The translations under genes and the position numbers were made by a program. 64,000 nucleotides of DNA from an uncultured Haloferula sp. (GTDB taxonomy: Bacteria; Verrucomicrobiota; Verrucomicrobiia; Verrucomicrobiales; Akkermansiaceae): NCBI GenBank assembly GCA_965652295.1, contig CBFGTS010000009.1:32001-96000 (forward strand), read 5' to 3'. Under the pieces are notes generated by a model. That model ran no database searches, had not been told where the DNA came from, and saw nothing but the letters and a program-made list of their open reading frames with translations. This document shows positions 56,620-64,000 of this stretch, in pieces (within the stretch, counting starts at the first letter, position 1; every line of letters starts with the position of its first letter).

Positions 56620-57774
56620 ATGCGGATATCGGACCGGTACATCGGGCGCCACATTCTTACCGGCACCCTTTTCGCCATTGTTCTGCTGAGCCTCCTTCTG
56701 GTGCTCGGGAATGTTTTCAAGGAGATCCGCCCACTGCTGGTGGAGTTCGGCGCGCCGCCCTGGGTGCTGGTGGATTTCACCCTCAGCGTCCTGCCGGTTT
56801 CGCTGATTTTCACCATTCCCTGGGGGTTTCTTTCCGCGGTGCTGCTCGTCTTCGGGCGCCTGTCCTCGGACAACGAGCTGAACGCCTTCCGGGCGGCCGG
56901 GGTCAGTCTGACGCGGCTCGCCGCGCCGGTCATCACCCTCGGAATCGCCCTTTCGCTGATCTGCCTGTGGCTGAACCTCCAGGTCGCTCCGAAAGCAACC
57001 AAAGGCGTCGAGGACATCGTCCGCAACACCTTGATCAAGGACCCGCGGACGCTGCTCCGCGCCGGAGTGGACCAGAGCCGCTTTCAGGATGTGCGGATCT
57101 ATTCCGAGCAGGATGACGGCGAGGTCTTCAAGAATTTCCACATCTTCCGCATGGGCACCGCGGAGCAGGGTCCTGGCGGTTCCTACATCCACGCCGACAG
57201 CGCCACGACGGTGAACGATGAGGCAAAGCAGGAGATCCGCCTCAAGTTCACCAACGCCTACTCGGACGGCTCCTACACGCAGAGAACCAATGGCGAGGGG
57301 GAGGAAAAGGATTTCACCCTGATGTCCGGCGAGCTGCAGTGGATGGTGATCGACTACAGCCCCGATGCACGCAGCGCCAAAGTCAAGCCGCGCAGCCTCA
57401 CCAATCCCGAGCTCGATGCCATCGCAGACCAGTTCAAGCCACTCCCTGAGTCCGCCAATCCGACCGCTCTTGAACTGAAAGTCCGGGACTCCCGCCAAGC
57501 GATCCGCTCCCGCTATCTCGCGGAAAAAACCCGCCGCTACACCTCGTCCTTCGCCTGCCTCGCCTTCGCGCTGATCGGCGTACCCCTGGGCATCAAGGCG
57601 CGGCGGCGTGATACCTCCTCGGGTCTGATCCTCAGCCTCGGCATCGGCGCGCTGTATTTTCTGGCCGGCTCCATGATCGAACCGGCCGAAGGCTCCGGCT
57701 ATCTTTTGTGGATCCCCAACCTCGCCTGTATCGTCCTTGGAGTGTTCCTGTTCCGGCGAGCCCGCTTCCGCTGA
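56620..57774 (+). CDS. LptF/LptG family LPS export permease
   Basis: DRYI, TIP...L.A.LL.FGRLSSDNE..A..AAG.SL..L, FAL.G.PLG...RR. Confidence 0.92.
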   Translation: MRISDRYIGRHILTGTLFAIVLLSLLLVLGNVFKEIRPLLVEFGAPPWVLVDFTLSVLPVSLIFTIPWGFLSAVLLVFGRLSSDNELNAFRAAGVSLTRLAAPVITLGIALSLICLWLNLQVAPKATKGVEDIVRNTLIKDPRTLLRAGVDQSRFQDVRIYSEQDDGEVFKNFHIFRMGTAEQGPGGSYIHADSATTVNDEAKQEIRLKFTNAYSDGSYTQRTNGEGEEKDFTLMSGELQWMVIDYSPDARSAKVKPRSLTNPELDAIADQFKPLPESANPTALELKVRDSRQAIRSRYLAEKTRRYTSSFACLAFALIGVPLGIKARRRDTSSGLILSLGIGALYFLAGSMIEPAEGSGYLLWIPNLACIVLGVFLFRRARFR

Positions 57775-57780
57775 GCTTCC

Positions 57781-59649
57781 ATGTCGTCGTCCAAAGCCAT
57801 CGTCCGGCTCCGTCGCCGGGTCCGCGATTTCTTCCGGGAAGGAAACGTGAACTTCGCGGCGGTGGTCGGCCCGATCCGCCGCTACAACCTCAGGAAATTC
57901 CGCGCCGACATCGGAGCCGCGCCGAACGTCGCGCTGCTCGCGGTGCCTCAGGGCATGGCCTTCGCGGCGATCGCCGAACTGCCGATCTCCTATGGCATCG
58001 TCTGCTCCGCGATCGCTTCGATCGTCGCCCCCCTCTTCGCAGGCTCACGCCATACCATCCTCGGGCCGACGAACGCCACGGCGTTCATGCTGTTCAGCTT
58101 CTTCGCCGCGGAGAAAGCCCTCGGGGCCCGGGAAGAACAGCTCGTCCCGCTGCTCGTGATGCTGATCGGCATTTTCTGCATGGTCGGGGCCGTCCTGAAG
58201 ATCGCCGACCTGTTGCAATACATTTCCCGCTCGGTGCTGGTGGGCTACATGACGGGCGCGGCCGTCCTGATCATCGCCAACCAGCTCAAGCATCTCCTCG
58301 GCATCGAGAACCCGGTGGAAGCCCTGGCACCCGGAAACTTCGCGGCGCTTTGCATCGCCTTGGTCAAATCCCTGATCCACGCCGCTTGGCAACCTCTCAC
58401 GATCGGGCTCGGCACGGCCGGCATCTACTACGGCCTCCGTCGATGGAAACCCCGCTGGCCCTGCTTTTCCCTCGCCCTGATCTTCGGCTCGGCGCTTTTC
58501 GGAGTGCTGATTCACCACGACACGCCTTTTGCCAACCAACCGACGTTCCGGAATTTCCTGCTCTCCGATCTGGTGCCGCATATGCCGGATTTCACCGACG
58601 CGCAGATCTTTGATGACATCAATCGCGTCGTTGGCGTCGCCTTCGCCGTGGCCTTCCTCGCCTGTCTCGAAAACACCATGATGGCCAAGACCATCGCCTC
58701 CCGCTCCGGAGACCGCGTCGAGGTCAATCAGGACATGTTCGCCGTCGGCACCGCCAACCTCGCCTGCGCCTTCACCGGCGGGATGCCCGCCTCCGGCTCA
58801 CTCACCCGCTCGGTGCTCAACTACGAATCCGGTGCTATGACCCGTTTCGCCTCGATCTTCGCGGGGCTCATCACACTGGGGAGCGCGATCCTGATCGCCC
58901 TTTCGCCCGAAATCGGGTTTCCCATCATCGACTACGTCCCGAAGGCCTCGCTTGCGGCGCTGGTGGTGGTCATCGCCATCGGCCTCATCAACCCGAAGAA
59001 CATCCGCGTCTGCCTGCGCTCGACCCACGACGACGCGGTGGTGATCGTGACCACTTTCGCCGCCACTCTGCTGGCCCCGCTCCACGTGGCGATCTTCGTC
59101 GGCGTCGGCGTCTCGATCTCCCTCTTCCTCCGACGCGCGAGCCGCCCCCATCTGGTCGAATACGAATTCAGCGACCAGGGCGAGCTGCGCGAAATGGGCG
59201 AAAAACGGAAGCGCCCGAACCCCGCGATTTCCATCGTCCACGTCGAGGGCGACCTGTTTTTCGGTGCCGCCGAACTGTTCCGCAATCAGGTCCAACGCAC
59301 GGCCTCCGATCCCTCGCTGCGGATCCTGATCCTGCGTCTGAAAAACGCCCGCCATCTTGACGCCACCTCGGTCATGGCGCTCGCGGAGCTGATCAAGTTC
59401 ATGCGTGCCGACGACCGCCACGTGCTGATTTCCGGCGCGCCGCGCGAGGTTTACAAGGTGCTGAAGAACTCCGGCACGCTCGATCTCATTCAAGAGGGAA
59501 CCGATCGCGAGGCGGGCGAAAGCAACATCTTCCTCTACCGTCCGAGCAATCCGAACCTCTCGACCCGCGATGCGCTGAAACGCGCCCAGCAGCTCCTCGG
59601 AGGCGAGAAGGCGGACATCCGGATTTTCTACGATCCCAGCAAAGCCTGA
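57781..59649 (+). CDS. SulP family anion transporter with STAS domain
   Basis: VPQGMAFA.IA.LP..YG, GPTNA, NQ...A.G..N, GSLTRS, G.LFFGA, LDAT. Confidence 0.93.
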   Translation: MSSSKAIVRLRRRVRDFFREGNVNFAAVVGPIRRYNLRKFRADIGAAPNVALLAVPQGMAFAAIAELPISYGIVCSAIASIVAPLFAGSRHTILGPTNATAFMLFSFFAAEKALGAREEQLVPLLVMLIGIFCMVGAVLKIADLLQYISRSVLVGYMTGAAVLIIANQLKHLLGIENPVEALAPGNFAALCIALVKSLIHAAWQPLTIGLGTAGIYYGLRRWKPRWPCFSLALIFGSALFGVLIHHDTPFANQPTFRNFLLSDLVPHMPDFTDAQIFDDINRVVGVAFAVAFLACLENTMMAKTIASRSGDRVEVNQDMFAVGTANLACAFTGGMPASGSLTRSVLNYESGAMTRFASIFAGLITLGSAILIALSPEIGFPIIDYVPKASLAALVVVIAIGLINPKNIRVCLRSTHDDAVVIVTTFAATLLAPLHVAIFVGVGVSISLFLRRASRPHLVEYEFSDQGELREMGEKRKRPNPAISIVHVEGDLFFGAAELFRNQVQRTASDPSLRILILRLKNARHLDATSVMALAELIKFMRADDRHVLISGAPREVYKVLKNSGTLDLIQEGTDREAGESNIFLYRPSNPNLSTRDALKRAQQLLGGEKADIRIFYDPSKA

Positions 59650-59688
59650 ATCCGGCGCACCCGGAAGGAACAAGGAGCCACCGCCCTC

Positions 59689-60156
59689 TCAAGCACCGGC
59701 ACGCCGCTCAACTTCCGGCCACAACTCCGTGACCAGCTCCTCCTGAACGGCTTCCATCGCGGCACGGTCCTCGTCGGATTCATCCTCGTGCCCACCCAGA
59801 TGCAGCAGGCCGTGGACGAGGTAGCGGCACAGCTCCCGCAGCTCCGGCTCACCATATTCCGCAGCCTGCCGTTTCGCGACTTCCACTCCGATGACGATCT
59901 CCCCGTGCTCGAAGGTGATCACGTCCGTCGCGCCTTCGATGCCCATGAAATCCCGGTGGACGCGGTCGCTTTCCTCGTCGTTCACCAAGGCCACTTCCAC
60001 CGTCTCCAGCTCGGCCAACGGCGGATGCCCGCCGCGAAAATGCCGTTTCTCGATGCATCCGGCCGCCTTCACACCGGCTTCCTCAAGCGCGACCAACCAA
60101 GCAGGCGGCACTGGCACCGTGCTCTGGTGATCGCAGACCAGTACTTCGCGTTTCAT
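59689..60156 (-). CDS. ybeY: rRNA maturation endonuclease YbeY
   Basis: TDVITF, GEIVI, VHGLLHL.G; coupled downstream of the HD hydrolase. Confidence 0.9.
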   Translation of the reverse strand: MKREVLVCDHQSTVPVPPAWLVALEEAGVKAAGCIEKRHFRGGHPPLAELETVEVALVNDEESDRVHRDFMGIEGATDVITFEHGEIVIGVEVAKRQAAEYGEPELRELCRYLVHGLLHLGGHEDESDEDRAAMEAVQEELVTELWPEVERRAGA

Positions 60157-61835
60157 GATCGTGGAATCGCCGGGGGAGGACTGCTGCTCTTCTCCCCTGC
60201 CGGCTTCTCAAGAGGTTTCGTCGCCGAAGGCCTGGCGACCTTGGATTCGAGGTCGGACTTCCGCTCGTCCCTGGTCTCTTTGGGATAGTCGATGCGGCTG
60301 TGCATCATGCTCCTCAGCGTCTTGGAAAACACCTCTTTCACCACCGTCAGGTCGCGGATCGTGAGTTCGCACTGGTCGAGCTGGCCATCACAAACGCGGG
60401 CCTCCACCAGGTCCTCCACCAGTGCCCGGATCTTCCCCGGTGTGGGCTTTTTCAACGAACGCGACGCGCTTTCCACCGCGTCGGCCAGACTGATGATTCC
60501 ACTCTCGCGCGATTTCGGCCGTGGCCCGGGATAGCGGAAATTCTTCTGATCCACCTTCGGAAGGTCCTCGGGGTTCTCCAGCTTCTTTTCGATCTTCGCC
60601 ATTTCCTCGCGCTTCAGTTCCTGTGCGCGGCGGTAGAAATACGTCACCAACGAGTCCCCATGGTGCTCACGGATGATGTCGATGACCCGCGGGTTCAGCC
60701 GGTGCTTGAGGGCCAGGTCCACGCCGTCCTTCACGTGCGCGATGATGATCAGGGAACTCATCGTCGGCGTCAGCGCGTCGTGCGGGTTCTCCTGGCCGTC
60801 CTGCTGGTTCTCGATGAAATACTCCGGCTTGTTGAGTTTCCCGATGTCGTGGAAATAGGCGCACACCCGGCACATCGCGGCGTTCGCCCCCACGGCTTCG
60901 GCCGCCGCCTCAGCCAGCGATGCGACGATCAGGCTGTGATGGAAAGTCCCGGGTGCTTCGAGCTGCATGCGGCGCAGCAGTTTGTGATTCAGATCGCCCT
61001 GCTCCAGCCAGCTGATGTCGGTGGTGAGCCGGAACATGCCTTCCAGCACCGGAAGAAATCCGGAAATCAACAGCGCCGTGCCCAGCGCGACGCCCAGGGC
61101 GCTGGCCGCGGAAAGCCCGAAAGTCTGCCAGTCCGCCGCCGTGGCGCCCGTCCCCAGCAGCCTGAGATCGATCACCCCGAAGACCAATGCCAGCAGGAAC
61201 GCCGTGACGCCCGAATAGACCCCCGCCCGCAGAAGTTGGACGCGCCGCCGGACCTTGCGCAGCGTCAACGCCGCCACCAATCCGCTCATCAAGCTGACGC
61301 ACAGGAAGAGAGCTTTGTTCTCGTCACCGAAAAGCAGCGACCCGAACAGCGAGACATACACCGCGGAAAATACCCCCGCCGGGCCCCCGAGCAGCACCGA
61401 GTTGACCATCGGTGCCACCAGGAAGGGAGTCATCAGGAAGACAATCGGATACGGCAGCACGTTGGTCGCTCCGATCCAGACGACAAACCGCATCAGCGCG
61501 ACCTGCCCGAGAATGCTCAACGCGATCAGCAGCACCCGGCTGTTGCGTTCGGTCACGCGACCGTGGTTCAGCTCGACCACCGTCATCGCGCTGATCGCCA
61601 GGAAAAAGGCGTACAACGCACTCTCAAACGGGCGGTCGCTGGTGCCTCCCGGGGTGACCTGCATCACCAACAATGCGGCCCCGATACAGAAAGCGAAGTA
61701 GGTCCCCATCCGGACCCACGGCGAGCGGTCGAGCGAAGCGCTGACGGCAGCGTCATTCTGCGTCCGTCGTTTTTTTCCCGACGACATGCCCTTCTGAGCC
61801 AGCCGCCAGCGTTTGAAAGCATCGAAAAATCCCAC
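60153..61835 (-). CDS. Membrane HD-domain phosphodiesterase (7TM-HD, PgpH-like)
   Basis: Multi-TM region, then APGTFHHS, FHDIGK..P.YF.ENQ, HVKDG, EHHG, FRYPGP.P, LAD.VE.A.R. Confidence 0.9.
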   Translation of the reverse strand: MGFFDAFKRWRLAQKGMSSGKKRRTQNDAAVSASLDRSPWVRMGTYFAFCIGAALLVMQVTPGGTSDRPFESALYAFFLAISAMTVVELNHGRVTERNSRVLLIALSILGQVALMRFVVWIGATNVLPYPIVFLMTPFLVAPMVNSVLLGGPAGVFSAVYVSLFGSLLFGDENKALFLCVSLMSGLVAALTLRKVRRRVQLLRAGVYSGVTAFLLALVFGVIDLRLLGTGATAADWQTFGLSAASALGVALGTALLISGFLPVLEGMFRLTTDISWLEQGDLNHKLLRRMQLEAPGTFHHSLIVASLAEAAAEAVGANAAMCRVCAYFHDIGKLNKPEYFIENQQDGQENPHDALTPTMSSLIIIAHVKDGVDLALKHRLNPRVIDIIREHHGDSLVTYFYRRAQELKREEMAKIEKKLENPEDLPKVDQKNFRYPGPRPKSRESGIISLADAVESASRSLKKPTPGKIRALVEDLVEARVCDGQLDQCELTIRDLTVVKEVFSKTLRSMMHSRIDYPKETRDERKSDLESKVARPSATKPLEKPAGEKSSSPPPAIPRS

Positions 61836-61983
61836 GGATGATTCTCTTCAGGTTACGCGGCGCCCGGAGACACCGGAGGGGCGTGATCGCCACGCCCCCC
61901 AACGGCGGACGATGTATCCCAGACCCTCGGCCAATGCAATCGGCAAAACCCGCAGGGCGTGCCATCCTGTCGCACCTCGGAAA

Positions 61984-64000
61984 CTACTTCCCCCGCCGAT
62001 AGCTGACCTTTTTTTTCGCCGCCGGAGCCGGGGTTCCGCCGCCCTTCAGCTTGGCGATCTGGTCGCGCAGATGCGCCGCGCGCTCGAACTCCAGCTTCGC
62101 CGCCGCGTCCCGCATTTCAGCCTCCAGCTCGGCGATCACCCGCACCTTGTTGTATTCCTCCTCGTCGTCGGAAATGAGAGAGCGCGACATCTGGTCGGCT
62201 TTCGCCCGCTGGTTCGAGTAGAGCTGCAAACTCTCCTGCACCGCCCGCTTCACACTCTGCGGCGTGATGCCGTGCGTTTCGTTGTGGTCGAGCTGCCTTT
62301 CACGCCGGTAGTCGGTGACATCCAGCAACTTCTGGATCGAGTCCGTGACCACGTCGCAGAACAGCACGCACTCGCCATTCACGTGACGCGCGGCCCGGCC
62401 CGCCGTCTGGATCAGGCTCGTTTCATTACGCAGGAAGCCCTCCTTGTCGGCATCCAGAATGCACACCAGCGACACCTCGGGCAGATCGAGTCCTTCCCGC
62501 AGCAGGTTGATGCCGACCAGGATATCGAATTCCGCCGCCCGCAGCTGGCGCAGGATTTCCACCCGCTCGACCGCATCCACGTCGGCGTGGATGTAGCGGA
62601 CCTTGAGGCCGGTCCCTTGCAGGTATTCCGTCAAATCCTCGGCCGTCTTCTTGGTGAGCGTCGTCACCAACACCCGCTCGCCCGTCTCCACGCGCTGGCG
62701 GCAGAGCTCGATCGTTTCATCGATCTGACCCTTGAGCGGACGCATTTTCACCACCGGATCCAGCAAGCCGGTCGGCCGGATGATCTGCTCGACGATCAAC
62801 GGCCGCCCGGGCTTCGATACATCGAAGTCCTCGATCGGCTCGTCGCTCGGGCTGGGCTCGATTTTGAGCTTCTTGGCATCGATGGGGATGAACGTCCGAT
62901 CGTCGGCTCTTCCCTTCACCGGAATGTAACGCGGGTTGTCGGGGCGCGAGTTAACCACCTCGAAGGGCCCCGGCGTTGCCGAAACGTAGAGCCGCTGGTT
63001 GGTCATTTGCATGAACTCATCGAAACGCAGCGGGCGGTTGTCGAGCGCGCTCGGAAGCCGGAAGCCATGCTCCACCAGCACCGTTTTCCGACTACGATCT
63101 CCCTCGTACATCCCCCCGATCTGCGGGATGGAGACGTGGCTCTCGTCGATCAGAGTGAGGAAGCCCTCGGGGAAGAAATCGAGCAAGGTGTAGGGCCGCG
63201 CGCCCGGCGGACGGCCGGTGAGGTGGCGCGAGTAGTTCTCGATGCCCTGGCAAAAGCCCATCTCGCGCATCATTTCCATGTCGTAGTCGGTGCGCATCCG
63301 CAGCCGCTGCGCTTCGATCAGTTTCCCCTGGCTCTCGAATTCCGCCACCCGCGCGTCGGCCTCCTTGCGGATCTCGACCATGGCCTTCTTCATCTTGTCG
63401 CCGGGCGTAACGAACTGCTTGGCGGGGAAAACCGTGTACTTGTCGAGACGGTCGATCACCGCACCGGTCAACGTGTCGATCGAGGAAATGCGGTCGATCT
63501 CATCGCCGAAGAACTCGATGCGGATCGCGGTTTCATCGAGGTAAGCGGGGTGGACCTCCACCACGTCGCCGCGCACGCGGAACTTGCCTCGTCCAAAGGC
63601 GATATCGTTCCGCTCGAAAAGCAAGCCGACGAGGCTTTCCAGCAAATCATCGCGACCGATCTGCTGCCCGACCCAGATCGGGATCATCATGCCTTCGTAG
63701 TCCTCCGGCGATCCCAAACCGTAGATGCAGCTCACCGAGGCAACGACGATCACGTCCTCCCGGGTCAGCAGCGAGCCCATCGAAGAGAGCCGCAGGCGCT
63801 CGATCTCGTCGTTGATGCTCGAATCTTTCTCGATGTAGGTATCCGTCCGCGGAATGTAGGCTTCCGGCTGGTAGTAGTCGAAGTAGCTGACGAAGTATTC
63901 CACCGCGTTGTGCGGGAAGAAATTCTTGAACTCCGAGTAAAGCTGCGCGGCGAGCGTCTTGTTGTGGCTCATGATCAGCGCCGGCTTGCCGATGCGCTGG
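61984..64000 (-). CDS. uvrB: Excinuclease ABC subunit B (5' truncated by window edge)
   Basis: HNKTLAAQLY.EFK.FFP.NAVEYFVSY.DYYQPEAY, DESH, SATPG, GINLLREGLD.PEV, UVR domain AA..LEFERAA.LRD. Confidence 0.98.
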   Translation of the reverse strand, partial: QRIGKPALIMSHNKTLAAQLYSEFKNFFPHNAVEYFVSYFDYYQPEAYIPRTDTYIEKDSSINDEIERLRLSSMGSLLTREDVIVVASVSCIYGLGSPEDYEGMMIPIWVGQQIGRDDLLESLVGLLFERNDIAFGRGKFRVRGDVVEVHPAYLDETAIRIEFFGDEIDRISSIDTLTGAVIDRLDKYTVFPAKQFVTPGDKMKKAMVEIRKEADARVAEFESQGKLIEAQRLRMRTDYDMEMMREMGFCQGIENYSRHLTGRPPGARPYTLLDFFPEGFLTLIDESHVSIPQIGGMYEGDRSRKTVLVEHGFRLPSALDNRPLRFDEFMQMTNQRLYVSATPGPFEVVNSRPDNPRYIPVKGRADDRTFIPIDAKKLKIEPSPSDEPIEDFDVSKPGRPLIVEQIIRPTGLLDPVVKMRPLKGQIDETIELCRQRVETGERVLVTTLTKKTAEDLTEYLQGTGLKVRYIHADVDAVERVEILRQLRAAEFDILVGINLLREGLDLPEVSLVCILDADKEGFLRNETSLIQTAGRAARHVNGECVLFCDVVTDSIQKLLDVTDYRRERQLDHNETHGITPQSVKRAVQESLQLYSNQRAKADQMSRSLISDDEEEYNKVRVIAELEAEMRDAAAKLEFERAAHLRDQIAKLKGGGTPAPAAKKKVSYRRGK

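Noticed and set aside
52792..57498. 771-aa plus ORF and 583-aa minus ORF
   Set aside because: Antisense to trkH/trkA and lptF; only the C-terminal M15 peptidase part of the minus ORF is real.

Overview
GC-rich bacterial chromosomal window. It is most likely from Verrucomicrobiota (Haloferula/Luteolibacter-like); this is inferred from the PEP-CTERM protein, acidic DxDxDG-repeat/LamG proteins and pilin style. 1-12.6 kb: a divergent type IV filament cluster with a PilT-like 3' end, major pilin, fused PilM/N-like protein, PilO-like protein, secretin, a stand-alone ATPase N-domain, PilB, PilC, a second pilin and several unknown coupled genes. 12.6-16.7 kb: a heme O synthase / two atypical SCO / DUF420 operon headed by a nucleoid-associated protein gene. 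20-34 kb: a probable xylan-utilisation island. It holds a Na+/solute symporter, a serine hydrolase, a LamG protein, a GH43-CBM6-X-GH30-LamG-FN3 enzyme, a PEP-CTERM protein and a giant acidic protein. The last two share three copies of an unrecognised ~180-aa domain and a common upstream motif. 35-64 kb: mostly housekeeping genes (rlmN, aminotransferase, rapA, flavin-dependent halogenase-like, argG, MMPL+LolA, glutaredoxin, trkHA, M15 peptidase, lptF/G, sulP, ybeY, HD phosphodiesterase, uvrB), with REP/REPIN-like and 9-nt periodic intergenic repeats and many apparently leaderless promoters. No rRNA, tRNA, CRISPR array, transposase or reverse transcriptase was recognised. All calls are by eye from motifs; no database search was run.
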